NCBI GenBank assembly: GCA_043228905.1
Contig: JBHGNT010000001.1
Location: 5,890,001 to 5,954,000 of the forward strand
Length of the DNA: 64,000 nucleotides
From: Azolla caroliniana
Lineage: Eukaryota > Plantae > Polypodiophyta
Direction of reading: 5' to 3'
Shown: piece after piece, positions 1-13,105 of the stretch
Position numbering within the stretch: position 1 is the first letter of the stretch
Layout: each line of letters begins with the position of its first letter
The notes under the pieces: generated by a model
Seen by the model: only the letters and a program-made list of their open reading frames with translations
What the model was told of the DNA's origin: nothing
Databases searched by the model: none
Program-made: the position numbers and the translations under genes

Positions 1-1179
1 AATTCGAATGGGGCAAGGAGCATACGGAGTCGATCCAGAGACTGAAGGAGGCGCTTACTGCGGCACCGGCTCTCCGGAAAGCGGTTTACGGCAAGGAGGT
101 CCCAATCTACGTAACCGTAGATACGAGCCCGACCAGGATAAGATGGGTGATCAATCAGTTGGACGAGAGCGGCACGCGGTTCCGATCCAGTTCGGGGCGA
201 CGGTTCTCAGTGAGCAACAACGAGGATACGCCCAAGTTAAGTGCGAACTGTGGGGTATCGTTTCGGCAGTCAAGACCGATAAAGACTACTTGATAGGGAT
301 AGAAGTAATCATCGACACGAACTGCCTGCCGATCCTCGGTATGGTTTCCGGATGCGCGACTCCGGACCTGGCGATGCTCAGATGGATCGCGTACATTAAG
401 TCCCTAGATCCTGAGATATGACACATCTCCGAAAACCACAACACCATGGCCGATATGCTTTCTAGAGCGCGGTTCGACGACGAGAACGGCATGGTTTCGG
501 AGGACGAGGAAGTCGGCATAGACTTCTTCGAGTCAGCTCGCATAACGACAACGGCAGGGAGCACTCCGGCGCTTAACGAGTTCAACGAGAGCGAGTACGA
601 CGGGGAGTGGCTCCAGATTGGAAGGTTCCTAAGGACAATGACGCCGAACGCGGCATGGACTAGAGAGGAAGCTAACCGTATCCTGTAGAAAGTGTACCGA
701 TTCTTCCTACGGGACGGAAGTATATGGAAGCTCCCAAAGAAGCAAGGCAACGTTCCGCTTCGCGTAGTGGCAAGAAAGGACGAGCAGGACAACTTGTTAA
801 CGGCGTACCACGAGAGTCCTTGGGTCGGACACCGCAGGACATGGGCCACGTTCGACAAATTGAAAGAGAAGTATTGGTGGTCGACTGCACTCCACATTCC
901 GACATTGAGATGAGCTACACCCGACCTACCCGCCGACCGTCCATTTCAAGTGGATGGTAGACTTAGTAACGATTTCGATGGGGGTAGGTCAGATGCAGTA
1001 CTTGGTGCTTGCGCGGGAGGATTTGACGAACCAGGTGGAGGGCCGCGCACTGCAGAACAAGACGATTGCGGCGGTGTGCCGGTTTCTGGTCGAAGAGGTA
1101 GTGTGCCAGTACGGGTGCGTGGGAAAGATTGTAGCGGACCGCGGGGAACTGGATGCATAGGAGGCCGAAGAGTCGTTTG

Positions 1180-1854
1180 TGTTGGGAGACAGGTCCCTCC
1201 GGATGGGAAGAGAAACCATATGACGAGTACCCGGCTACGTAGAGCCGGATGGTGCAGACGCGGTGAAGACCGGATGAGGAGTACCCGGCTACGGAGAGCC
1301 GGATGGTGCAGACCCGGTGAGGACCGGATGAGGAGTACCCGGCTACGGAGAGCCGGATGTCGCAGACTCGGTGAGGAATGCTCTCCGGATGAAGAGACAT
1401 ATTCGTAAATATGTTTCTGAAGAGCCCATCGTGGCTATATTTGTAAATAGCCGAAAAGTCATATTAGTATAAATATGACTTAGGGCAAACTTTTAGATAC
1501 TGTTGTTGTTGTTGTCATTCTTGTTGGTGTAAGGGAGAGAGACAGTGCGTAACTGTGTACAAAGAGTGAGAGAGAGAGAAAGAGGTCGTTGCCTCTGTTG
1601 TAACCGCCGCCTATGGCGAAGATCGTGAGCACGAGGTCGTTGCCTCCGTGAACTCACTGTTGTACATACTAACCTAGTGATAGTTTGCAGCCTGAGGGCT
1701 GCTGTGGTTTTTCCCTAGTTTGGGGTTTTCCACGTTAAACATTCTGCGTACTCTTCTCTTCCATTGTGTCGTTCTTTATTTCCCGTTCTCTGTGTATGAT
1801 TCTAAGCTCGGTTGTGGCCGAGCGTTGCGTATAAGGAGCGTTGAGTTCCCGTCA
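1180..1854 (+). mobile_element. Solo LTR with 5-bp TSD GTTTG, inserted in Gypsy integrase
   Basis: TGTTGGGAG...CCGTCA ends; GTTTG at 1175-1179 and 1855-1859; integrase homology resumes after it; TATA-like tataaata ~1468; similar to solo LTR 27177-27713. Confidence 0.9.
1220..1377 (+). repeat. 3 x 54-bp tandem repeat inside the solo LTR
   Basis: Units start at 1220, 1274 and 1328 (atgaSgagtacccggctacgKagagccggatg...); each contains a ccggct/agccgg hairpin. Confidence 0.9.
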
Positions 1855-2202
1855 GTTTGGACGGTTAGGGGTTAAACTCTCGCTCACTACGACGTACAAT
1901 TCGGAGGCAAACGGGAAGGTGGAGCGCGGACACAGGCCAATCGTAAAGGCGTTGGTACGGGCCTACGGAGGCCAGGTCGAGAAGTGGTCGCGGCTCCTAC
2001 CCTACGCACTATGGGCAGACCGGATGATGCATAGTTTAGTAACAAGGTTCATGCCAACGGAGCTGATGTACAGGCAGAAGCCTATCATGCTGGTGGAACA
2101 GACAATCTGCTCATAGGTGGTGATAGACTGGAGGAACGAGATGAGCCGAGAAGAGTTGTTGGCGGCGCAGATTTGACAACTTGAGCGAAGACCGGAGGAG
2201 GT

Positions 2203-2873
2203 TGTTGCGTTGTTACATGCATGCATGTAGAACGATGCGGAACCACGGGGGTCCTGGACTGAGGGATAACCGATCAAGGGTAGGAGCTACGAAGAAAACG
2301 GTCATGCTCCCACACACACACACACAGAAACCGCAACCGAATGAAACAACGGAAACGAGACAAATGCGTATATGTTTGTATATACTCTAATGAAAAGGGG
2401 TTTACAACCGGCAGGCCGGTGAGTGACAAACCTCCTACGCCTACGCACACACACACAAAAGAGTGAGATGGAGACTCTATCGAAAGCACTCGGGCGTTCC
2501 GCGGAGCAAAGTCAGCCTCCCAAAAACCTGCACAGAGCAAAAACAGAGAGGAAGACAAAGGAGAAGAGCTTGGTCCTAGTCTGGCAGCACTTCTTCCTCG
2601 ACAAAAGCGATTCCCATTTCGATTCCTCTCCCGCTCTTTTATAGCCCAAGGAGGGAAGCCTTTACAACCCGTTACATCATCTTTATTCTCTATCCTTTTG
2701 GACGGAGATACGCCTCGATTTTCCCACCTAACAAATGCGTGCTACCTAGGATATTCACATCAGCCGACTTGTACCTAAATGTATATATTACAACAAAACT
2801 TGTGCCTACATATAAGGGCCAGTTCGCGCACATTAATCTCCAATTTCGCCTAGGGACGGTGTTCTCCACGACA
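2203..2873 (-). repeat. 3' LTR of the 2203-9214 element
   Basis: Direct repeat of 8545-9214 with tens of substitutions; preceded on the minus strand by purine-rich taggtgggggcgga. Confidence 0.92.
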
Positions 2874-5800
2874 TCCGCCCCCACCTAATCGCGCATCCAC
2901 CAGCATGCGCCTAAATAGACTCTCGCCGGAGAAGACCGGCCTGCGCTTACCCTTTGTCCTCCGGATCGCCATTCGCCCCCCTCCTCGCAATCCAAGTCAT
3001 CCGGGTCCGGTTCATCCTCGTGCCGCTTTTTGAACGCTTTGATCCTTTTCCTGGCCATCGGTACTGCCATCCTCGTCCCGTCAAGCTCCGCGAGATGGTA
3101 GGTCCCATTGTCGTTGGCGCTCGTCACCATGTAAGGCTCGAACCACCTCCTTGCAAACTTTCGCATTGCCTTGTGTTGGTTATCAAGGCTGCTATCGTAT
3201 ACCAGAACCCAGTCACCTTCCTCAATTTTCCTCGGCCGTAGTCAGCGGATCCTGTCGAATCGTTCTTTGTTCTTCACCCTCGCCGCTCGTAGCTTTTCCG
3301 CGGCTCGTTCCACATCCTCTGGTCTTCACTCGAGCTGTCGGATCCGTGCTGCTAAAAGCTCCTCCCGGCTCATCTCGTCTTTCCAGTCCACCGCAGCCCA
3401 TGAGGAGATCGTTCGCTCCATTGGCATGACTGGCTTCTACCCGTACATCAACTCCGCAGGCACGAACCCGGTTACCGAACTGTGCGTAGTTCGGTCGGCC
3501 CACAACGCATAGGGTAAGAGTCGCGACCAATTTCCAACTTGGCCTCCACATGCCCGTACTAACGCTTTTGACGATCGGCCCGTGTCCGCATTCCACCTTT
3601 CCGTTCGCCTCCGGGTTGTACACCATGGTGAGCGAGAGTTTAACCCCTAGCCGGTCAAACAGCTCTTCAGCCTCTTGTCCGTCCAGTTCTCCGCGGTCGG
3701 CTATGATCTTTCCTACGCACCCGTACCGGCATACCACCTCTTCGATCAGAAATCGGCACATGGTTGTCGTCGTTTTGTTCATCTGGGCTCGGCCTTCCAC
3801 CTGGTTTGTCAGGTCCTCCCGTGCCAGCAGCAGGTATCACATCTGCCCTACCCCCATCGGCATTGTCACCAAATCCACCATCCACTTGAAGTGGATAGTC
3901 GGAGGGTAGGTCGGGTGAAGCTCGTCCCGATGTTGGACTACGGAGTGCATCTGACAACTTTCGCAAGTCGTCACGAACCGATGCACGTCTGGTATAGTCC
4001 CGGCCAACAATACCTCCCCTTTAGCTTCTCGAATGTGGCCCACGTCCCGCGGTGTCCAACCCAGGGACTTTCGTGGTACACCGCCAGCAATTCCTCTTGT
4101 TCCTCTTTCTTTGCCACCACCCGGAGTGGACCGTCGTTTCTCTTCTTCGGGTGTTTCCAGATGCCCCCATCCCGCAGGAAGAATCAGTACGCTTTCTTCC
4201 GAATCCGGTTGGCCTCTTCCTTCGTCCACGCCGCGTCTGGTGTCATTGTCTTCAGGAAACCACCGATTTGGAGCCACTCCCCGTTGTACTTGCTCTCCTC
4301 GAACTCGTTAAGCGCCGGAGGGCTCCCCTCCCTTGTTGTTACGTAAGCCGTCTCGATGAAGTCCACGCCAACTTCCTCGTCCTCCGAAACCATGTCGTCC
4401 TCATCTTCGAATCTTGCCCTCGAAAGCATGTCAGCCATGGCGTTGTCTTTTCCGGAAATGTGTCGTATTTCAGGATTAAGGGACTTGATGTACGCTATCC
4501 ACCTGAGCATTGCCAGGTCCGGCGTCGCGCATCCGGAAACCATACCGAGAATCGGCAAGCAGTTCGTCTCAATTATCCCCTCCGTCCCAATCGGGTAGTC
4601 TTTGTTGGCCTTGACTACCGAAACGATACCCCAGAGTTCGTGTTTAACCTGGGGGTACCCTCACTATCATTCACTGAGAACTTTCGCACCGAACCGAATG
4701 GGGAACCTTGTGCCGTTCTCATCCTCCTGGTTGATCACCCATCCAATTCCGGTCGGACCCGTGTCTATGGTCACGAAAATCGGAATGTCTTTACCGTAGA
4801 CCACTTTCCAGAGTGCCGGTGCCGCAGCAAGTGCTTCTTTCATTTTCCAGACCAACTCCATATGCTCCTCTCTCCACTCGAATTTACGCCATTTCTTCAA
4901 TAGCCCATAGAGCGGCTCCGCGACGTGGACGTAATGCGGGATCCAGATATGGTAGAACGCGCATGCCCCCCAAGAACCTCCGGACTTCCGTGACCGAATT
5001 GCAGTCGCGTTTCATCGCGGAGATGGCCTCCACCTTGGCCGGCAACGGTTTCCGACCAAATTGCCCGCATAGGTGTCTAACGACCATGATCTCTGATTGC
5101 CCGAAGGCTGAGTTTTCCCCAGAGAAGGTGAGCCTCGCGCCTTCTAGTCTTCGCAGCACCTTCTTGCAGTCATCGACGTGGTCTGCCACGAATTTCCGGC
5201 ATCTGTCTGGTCCGATTGTCTCGTCTTTATCCTCCACCGGGCATCCTTTAATCGGGATGTCGTCTAAGAATGGCATGGTGATGTCCGGGATACAATCCCT
5301 TAGCACTTTGTTCATTGCGTTCACCATGTGGGCCACCGAGTTCGTCCCTCCTTGCGGAAGGGTACACATCCGCACTAGGCCGAGAGGAGTCTGCATCATC
5401 GTAATGTCCCTGCCCTCCACGGCTAGCTAGAACTGATCGTATCTCGAGTACAGATCACCGACCGAGTAAATTGACCTTCCAGCGAAGGCCTCCGCGAATT
5501 CGTCTATGGTCGGTCTGATTCCTGTGTCCCGAATGGTCACCTTGTTGACCGGTTGTAGGTCCTGAATGAAGCGTAGCGTGCCGTTCTTCTTGGGCAATGT
5601 AAACCACCAATTAGAATACGGGGCACTCGACGGTTCGAGGATGCCCATATCCACCTTCTGTTTCAGTAGCTCTATCAACTTCGGGATGTGAGCTCTAGGT
5701 ACTGGAATCGGTTTGAGATTCCACGGTACATGCGGTACCGTGAAGATCATCATCGGTTCCACCATCGTCGAATCTACGCACCCGATCTCCTCCGGCGAGA

Positions 5801-8522
5801 ATGCGAAGGCCTCTCCGAGCATTCTCCGAAACCGGTCCTCCTCCGCCGGTAGTAGAAAGCCACCCCCACCGACCTTGAACTCTCGTACCGTTATGGCGGT
5901 GAACTAGTGTCCTATGCCGGCCGGATCTCGTAAACTCGGGTCCGACGCGACCCCTTTCATCCGTAACTCGCTGCCCTCCGGCAAGGGTGTAGCGACTGGC
6001 TTCACCTTCTGGTCCACAATCTTGTACTTCGTGTCCACTCGGGCCGTCCGATTTGACTCGAGTCCTCTACCAAAGTCGGCGATGACTTCATACATCTTTT
6101 CCGAACATAACGAAATCGTCTGGTCTTCACTAAGGCCCTCTCCGAACACCTCCACGGCTCTGTTGATTTCCTCTCCGGGGACGAGGACTCCGCATGCCTT
6201 GAGTCGCTCTTCTGCCCGCTTCTTCTCCTGGCCAACGACGTCGGCTATTGTACAACCTCCGTTGTCGGAGAACTAAAACTTCCTACCTATGCTACAGGTT
6301 CTTCTGCCTACTGTACACGTGTGAGGTTTTTCCGGAGTGTCCGGACTATCGCGGCCCCACGCCTTGATAGCCCCCTCTAAAAATCCCCTCTACTTTCGCC
6401 GTCGAGGGTCTCTCGGTTTCGTTCATAGTTAGGTCGTACCGTCAGAAACTAGACGGAGTGACGCCCGTCCTGGCTCTTGACTCGCGCGTACGCCGAACCG
6501 TTGTCTAGCACCTTCGTCTCCATTCGTGCCGCTGTGATGTATGGATTCCCGAGTATCACCAGATGCGAGGATGTCTCCTGCACAAAGAAGTGTTGATCGA
6601 TCTCGACATCGCCGATTTTCACTCGTACATTTGGGCAGGCTCCGTGTAGCTCCTTCGTGGTGTGCGTTGCCACTCGTATTTTCCACCCATGCTTAGTATT
6701 GATTGGCCACTTGCCCTTCTTGTAAAAGTCCATAGTCATCAAGTTGATTTCCGAACCATGGTCTACCAGCGCCACCACCGGCTCCTTGACATCTTCGATC
6801 TTAACGGGGGTCTTCGTAGTGGCTCTGGCCCAATGTAGCTTCGAATAGTGGCTTTCCGCCAACTCGTCTTCCAGGGCCATGTCTTCTAGGTGTGTTGTTC
6901 GCACCTCCACCAGCTTCTCCGGCTCCGGCTCCGTCGAAAGCCTCTTTCGCTTCACCAAGTCTACAATGGAGTTGTGTAACTCCTTTTTGGTGATACCGAG
7001 CACTTCCCTCAGTGACAGCTCCATGTTGTTGTCGAGGATCCGTTCCTCTAGGACCTTTCGTAAGTCCGTGGTCCTTTCGATCTCTGTGCTCAACCGGTAA
7101 CCAGCCTTCTTGGCCTTGTCCGATGCGTCGAATGCACCGGCGTCATTCTGACTCTGCCCGAACCGGGTCTCATACCGTTGCGAGGGTCCAGCCCCTCCGG
7201 TTTTCCCCGCACGCTTCTCTTCCACCAGAACCTCATAGTTCTAGCACGCGGCTTCTACGAAGCATGTCTTTTCTTCGACCGGGTCACTCCACCCGGTTAC
7301 CTCCCAGACCGGACTTTCCGCACGGTCCGTTTCCTCTTTCCTCAATCATATGCCGGCGAGGCCTTCTAGCATCAACGGCCAGAACCTGGAGTTCTTCATC
7401 TTCCGGACTTCGTCGCTCCCGACCCGAATTCCTACCGACGCTGAGTAGTGGACAGTCTCCGCGTGGCAAGCCGCCTCTTCCATCAGCCAATTCATCCCCC
7501 CTCATCTGACGTTCAGTTCCAGGGCCCTCCTGGTTTCGCTAGCGTGTACACACCCATTCCACATGTATACCACGTTACACCTTATCACTTCGGCGAAATC
7601 CCCGCAGTCCTTCCGGGCGTGGCCGAGCGCGTCGCACCACAAGCACCGATGCCTGGCATGAGGCTTTCGGTCGTGAACTTGTTCACCGTTGTCCCTCCGT
7701 GCTTGTGAAATCTGGAGGTCCCTCACCATCTGAGTAAGCTCCTCCAGAGCCGCACCTCCAGACGGGCCTTTGACCACGTTGGTCGAAGTCGAGCCGGTCT
7801 CGAGCCAATCTCGGGTTTCCTCCCTTCGCGCCGGTGGGGGTACCTCGAGCTTCCTTACCGCAACAGAGCCTGCCCCCGCCGTGCCTTTCTCGACCCAATC
7901 TCACCGTTTGTCGAAACGGCCGCAGACTCTCTTCACCACGGCTCAGTCGTCCGTCATCCCGTCGTCGGTCTCGAGCAGGAGGCCCGCTTGCTCCCGGTCC
8001 CTCACATCCACTGATTTAACAAAAAATAGGACACGAATTGTGTCTAGTACGGTCTGGTCCAGCGCTGAAAGACGCACGAAGAGTTCTTCAAACTCCCAGA
8101 GGAACACCGACACGTTTCTCCCCTTTTCGGGGGTCTCCACCCATTCCATGAAGTCCCGCTTTGATAGCCGAAGCGCGTCATCAAGCCCGTATTTCTAAAG
8201 GAGTTGACCTTCAAATTCTTCCCAGGTCTGGCTCTCAGCCCGTACCTCGAACACCTCCGCATGGATGCTCAGTATTGCCACTCGAGGGAATCCGACCAGT
8301 CGCCTGTCCTCCGGAATGTCCCTCATCATCATTTCGGCTCGGTAGGCCTCCAAATAGCTCGTGGCATCCTTTCCACTGAACCGGCCTATCGTTCCGACGA
8401 TTGCTTCAATGGCCCTATCGAGGGCGCCTGTGCCTTCGCGCGCACTCACTATCCGATCCACAACTGAAGCCATGGCTTCTGCAAGCTCCGATCCCCTCAT
8501 CTTCTTATCCCTCTGCCGCCTG

Positions 8523-8540
8523 TTCACGTCGGGTTCACCA
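8523..8540 (-). promoter_or_regulatory. Primer-binding site complementary to the tRNA-Trp 3' end
   Basis: Plus strand TTCACGTCGGGTTCACCA matches the plant cytosolic tRNA-Trp 3' end as recalled; 4 nt from the LTR. Confidence 0.8.
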
Positions 8541-8544
8541 AATA

Positions 8545-9214
8545 TGTCGTGTTGTTACACGTGTGCGTGTAGAACGAGGCAGGACCACGGGGGTCCTGGA
8601 CCGAGGGATAACCGATCAAGGGTAGGAGCTACGAAGAAAACGGTCATGCTCCCACACACACACACACAGAAACCGTAATCGAATGAAACAACGGAAACGA
8701 GACGAATGCGCATATGTTTGTATATACTCTAATGAAAAGGGGTTTACAACCGGCAAGTCGGTGAGTGACAAACCTCCTACGCCTACACAACGCACACAGA
8801 AGAGTGAGATGAAGACTCTATCGGAAGCACTCGGGCGTTCTGCGGAGTAGAGTCAGCCTCCCGAAAACCTGCACAGAGCAAAAACAGAGAGGAAGAAAAA
8901 GAAGAAGAGCTCGGTCCCAGTCCGACAACACTTCGTCCTCAACAAAAGCGATCCCCATTTCGATTCCTCTCCCTCTCTTTTATAGCCCAAGGAGGGAGGC
9001 CGTCACAACCTGTTACATCATCTTTATTCTCTGTCCATTCGGACAGAGATACGCCTCGATTTTCCTACCTAACAAATGCGTGCTACCTAGGATATTCACA
9101 TCAGCCGACTTGTACCTAAATGTATATATTACAACAAAACGTGTGCCTACGTATAAGGGCCAGTTCACGCACATTAATCTCTGATTCCGCCTAGGGACGG
9201 TATTCTCCAAGACA
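8545..9214 (-). repeat. 5' LTR of the 2203-9214 element
   Basis: Direct repeat of 2203-2873; followed on the minus strand by the PBS. Confidence 0.92.
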
Positions 9215-10283
9215 ACGTGGAGAGGGCAAAGACAAAGCTGCAAACATCGAGGGAGAGGAGCAAAGGCTGGTTCGACCGGACACACCAACTGTGGCCAAAG
9301 AAGATCAAGGAAGGCAACTAGATGTTGGTGTACGACAGCAGCCTCGACAACCAGCACAAGAAAACGCGCAAATTCACGAGGAGGTGGTTCGGGCCCTACG
9401 CCATAACGAGCGCGAATGACAACGGGATGTATCATCTTGTGGAGCTCGACGGCACGCGATTAATAATGCCAGTAGTCGAGAAGTGGATCAAGGCGTTCAA
9501 GAAACGGCATGAGGACGAGCCGGACCCGGGAAACGTAACCGACGACGACGACCGGTTCGGAACAGACGAGGATTCGGGAAGTGACGGATGATTACGGGCC
9601 GATCTTCTCCGGAGATTGTTAGTGTCTGGCGTATACCGGTGGATGCGCGGTTTGGTGGGGGTGGATGTCGTGAAGAAAACTGGCCCTAAGAGGAATCAAG
9701 GAATTAAAGGCGTGAATCCGCTTCTGCACGAGTGTGCGCGAATTGATTCATTGTACATAACTAGGAGTAGGACGGCTTATGTAAATATACTAGGTATCAG
9801 ATATTCATTAGCTAGGAAATCGATGCGTATCTCTGTCCGAAGGGACAGAGAATAAAGTTAACGTGTTTTGATGTAACGGCCTCCTCGGTGACCTATAAAG
9901 GGAAGGGGAGAAGAAAAAAAAGTTTTATCACGTTTTGGGCGAGGAGGTGCTGTCGGACTAGGAACCGAGCTCTCTCCTCCTCTATCATCATTCTCTGCAG
10001 AGTTGCAATCGTTGTAATATTCGATGTTATTGAAATTGAATCTCTTGTTTTCGTCTATTTGTGTTTCTAGGAGTTTCCTCTTTCATTTCTCTCGAGTGTG
10101 CTTCTTGATTAAGTCGGTACACGCGTTGGTGGTTCATTCAACAGGCAAGTGCTGACGGTTGCTGACAGTTCTAGCAGGCCTTACACTTGCGTGCTTCTCA
10201 CTTCCTCTTGTCTCTCTTGCTCCTTGGTTCAGGGCCCCCGTGGTCCCGCCTTATTTCACACGTGAAAGCGAAACAACACGACA

Positions 10284-11425
10284 ACGGCTTCACATGCAAC
10301 CACCGTTGCACTCCTGTATTCGGCCTCTGTGCTCGAAAGAGCGACAGTTGGTTGCTTCTTGCTGCTCCAAGAGATGCCTCTACTTCTGAAGGTTGATAGT
10401 CAATCGGCTTTGTAGCCGACCCAATCGACATCTATGTACCCTTCGAGTTGAATTGGTGTGGTCAACTTATAGAGAATATCATAGTCCATCGTTCCACTCA
10501 CGTATCATAGCACTCGCTTAGCACAATCCAAATGGATATCTCGTCGAGTTTGCATGAATTGGCTAAGGAGCCCGACCGAATAGCTCAGGTCGGGTCGAGT
10601 GATCATGAGGTAGATGAGGCTCCCAATCAGTTGTCGATATTGAGTCGGTTCACACGCTGTGGTGCCGGAGTCGGCATCAAGTTTGAGGTTTCAATCGAGA
10701 GGGGTTGTGATAGATTTGCACTCAGTCATTCCGAACTTGTATAACAAGTTGAGGATGTAGCCGTTGAGAGATCATTGCTCCAGTTGGAGTCCGGATTACC
10801 TCAATGCCAAGGAAGTAATGGAACTCTTTCATGTATGTCATCTCGAATTTGTTGGAGCGGAGGGACTTGAGCTTGTTGATGTCGACTAGATGCTCACTTC
10901 CAATGACCAGATCATCCACGTATAGGATGATGACAATCAGACTTTCAGAATCACTTCTTACATAGATAGAATTGTCAGATTTTGACATTCATAAGCCAAT
11001 TGGATGAAGATATTGTGTTATCTTCGAGTGCCAAGCACATGGTACTTGCTTAAGGCCATATAGAGGCTTCTTGAGTCGGCATACAGCTTTCAGATGAATG
11101 TTGGATTCGAAGCCGGGTGGTTGTACCATGTACACCCCCTCTTCTAATTCGCCTTGAAGAAAGGCGTTCTTGACGTCCATCTCATGGAGGTGCCACCCTT
11201 TTGTTGCATCAAGCGCTATCACGGTCCGCACGGTTCTCATCTTTGGCACCGTGGCAAAGGTCTCTTCACACTCGACTCCCTCTGTTTGTGCGTAGCCCTT
11301 TGCTACGAGGCGAGCTTTGTAGCAGTTGACAGAACCGCCAACATTATACTTCACTTTGTATATCCATCTGCAGTCGATTGCCTTCTTGTGCGGTAGTGAG
11401 GGACGAGATCCCATGTGTTGGAAAA
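10284..11425 (-). mobile_element. Ty1/Copia RT-RNase H fragment (degenerate)
   Basis: KARLVAKGYAQ, MDVKNAFLQGEL, LYGLKQ and LYVDDL motifs in ORFs 10989-11549 and 10722-10988; RNase H cut by the Gypsy LTR end at 10283. Confidence 0.9.
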
Positions 11426-11819
11426 CCGATTTGGATCCGATTTGGAAAACCCAAATACTTGATGCTCGCTCCCTAAGGCTTGTTGATTCACGTGAAATTG
11501 GGATGTGTGCACCAACCTGGATGTGACTCATCATAGAGCCATATTGCATAGGATTTAAGCCAATTGATCATGGCGTTTGATTGCTCATAAAACAAGGATA
11601 GTCCACTTCCTAGCTTCTTGCAAAATAAGGATAGTCAACCTTATCTCATTTAAGTAATGAGATAAGGTTGACTATGATTTGTAGACCTTCTTGCTTTATA
11701 TTGAATTCAACATTCAACTTTTCAAGGTTGATGTTTGCAATGTCCTTTTAGCATCTTCCCACTTATTCCTTAGTGGCTCCATTAACCTTTCCACTACATA
11801 TTTTGTGGCATCACTTATG

Positions 11820-12145
11820 AGCAGGCAACAGCTTAGCTCAAGCCTGAACCAAATTGTTAAACCGTTTTTAAACAAACTAGAGGTTCGGTTTGGTTCAAGC
11901 TTGAGCTTCCTTAATGGGTTTGCATTCTATTTGGGATGATTGACACCAAGTTGAACCGTTTTAGGCCAAACCGGTTAAGGCTTAATTGGCTTGGTTAAAC
12001 TGGTTCCTAAATTATTTAGACTTAACTGGTTTAGGAACCAATTTAGTTCAAGTTTGGAAACTCCCAAGCCGGTTAAGGCTTAACCAGTTTGGTTTGCACA
12101 AGGACAAACCAGCTAAGCTGAAACCAAAATGTTGTTGATTTCTAG
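11820..12145. mobile_element. Possible degenerate non-autonomous DNA transposon (aaaccg/ggttt-rich)
   Basis: Dense aaacc/ggtt motifs like the hAT MITE at 18186, but the TIR is weak and no TSD was resolved. Confidence 0.35.
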
Positions 12146-13105
12146 CATCACTAGAATGATCTACTAGGTCTTCCACATGGTCCCTATCTTTTGTGATTCT
12201 TTTGTAGTTTAAATTCAACATTCCAAGCAAGACGTGGTAATCGATAATTCCACGTATTCTTGACTTTTGTAATGTATCGATAGACTCTCTGTTCCACCAA
12301 TATCTCTATAGAACAAACACATGTTTGAAAGAGCATAACATGATTGGAGGTGGTGGATTTAACTCCTAGTTGTCTCCTTAAAAAATGTTTTGAATTTTCT
12401 CAATCTATTCCATGCATCACGAGGTCATAGTGCTTCCCCAGACTTCTACTCTATCAAGTAAAACATGTGTTACCATGGCAATAAATAGTTACAGTAATTT
12501 TTTCTCCCATCTATGAGTATCATATTAGTTACATTGAATTTCAAACGTATAATAACTTTTCCAACTAGCTAGAAGCCTAGGTCAAAGCATACACTTCACT
12601 TATTTGTGGTGGGTACATTGGTACCAAGATAATTAAAGCTTTGCACAAATTGTTAATGTTCTCCCTTATATGGGTTTTGGTTTAGGGTTTATAATGTCAT
12701 GGATGATTGTTGGCAACTCAACATGTAAAAAAAGGGTTCTCAAGGATGGAGAACATTGACACGTTTAGAAGCTTAGTACCAATAATATATATATACATAA
12801 ATACATATGTTTGCAAGTGATTTTCACATCCACTTTCACATACACCCATAAAGACCATGACAAATTTGAAATGTATAAATTCATAAGGCTCTTCATTAAG
12901 TTGAAGGATTTGTGAAGCATACATAAACTTGATATGTTGTTATCAAGGGAATTTGAGACAAATATGGACATTGCTTTGGATTAGAGAGAGACTGCAGTTG
13001 GTCAAATTGATGTAGACATATGGCTAAAATTGATTGTCACTTTTGATTTCCATCAAAAACCACATTCCGGTTGTACTTCTATAGGGTTGTGAGTTTAGCA
13101 TAGTC

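Larger units (their letters stand above)
2203..9214 (-). mobile_element. Full-length degenerate Ty3/Gypsy LTR retrotransposon (gag-PR, RT-RH-INT), tRNA-Trp primed
   Basis: LTRs 2203-2873 and 8545-9214 (TG...CA); PBS 8523-8540; PPT ~2874-2886; gag zinc knuckle CLWCDALGHARKDC; protease LVDHGSEIN; RT LPQG...FLDD; RNase H; integrase; many stops and frameshifts; imperfect 4-bp TSD aggt/acgt. Confidence 0.93.
1..10283 (+). mobile_element. Degenerate Ty3/Gypsy LTR retrotransposon (host copy): RNase H-integrase 3' part, PPT and 3' LTR; interrupted by a solo LTR (1180-1854) and a related element (2203-9214)
   Basis: Fragments YAQVKCELWG...MLRWIAYIKSL (RNase H), YHESPWVGH, VDLVT...DRGELD, EANGKVERGH and RRWFGPY (integrase), with stops. 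PPT-like ggtgggggtgga at ~9654-9665. 3' LTR 9666-10283 (TGTCGTG...CACGACA) resembles the LTRs of the inner element. Confidence 0.9.

Noticed and set aside
1220-1377. CRISPR-like or peptide-repeat ORF (950-1408)
   Set aside because: Head-to-tail 54-bp repeats without unique spacers, inside a plant solo LTR.
4052-4903. Long antisense ORFs over Gypsy pol and the extra ORF (also 46379-47433)
   Set aside because: Shadow frames of GC-rich coding sequence with no motifs.
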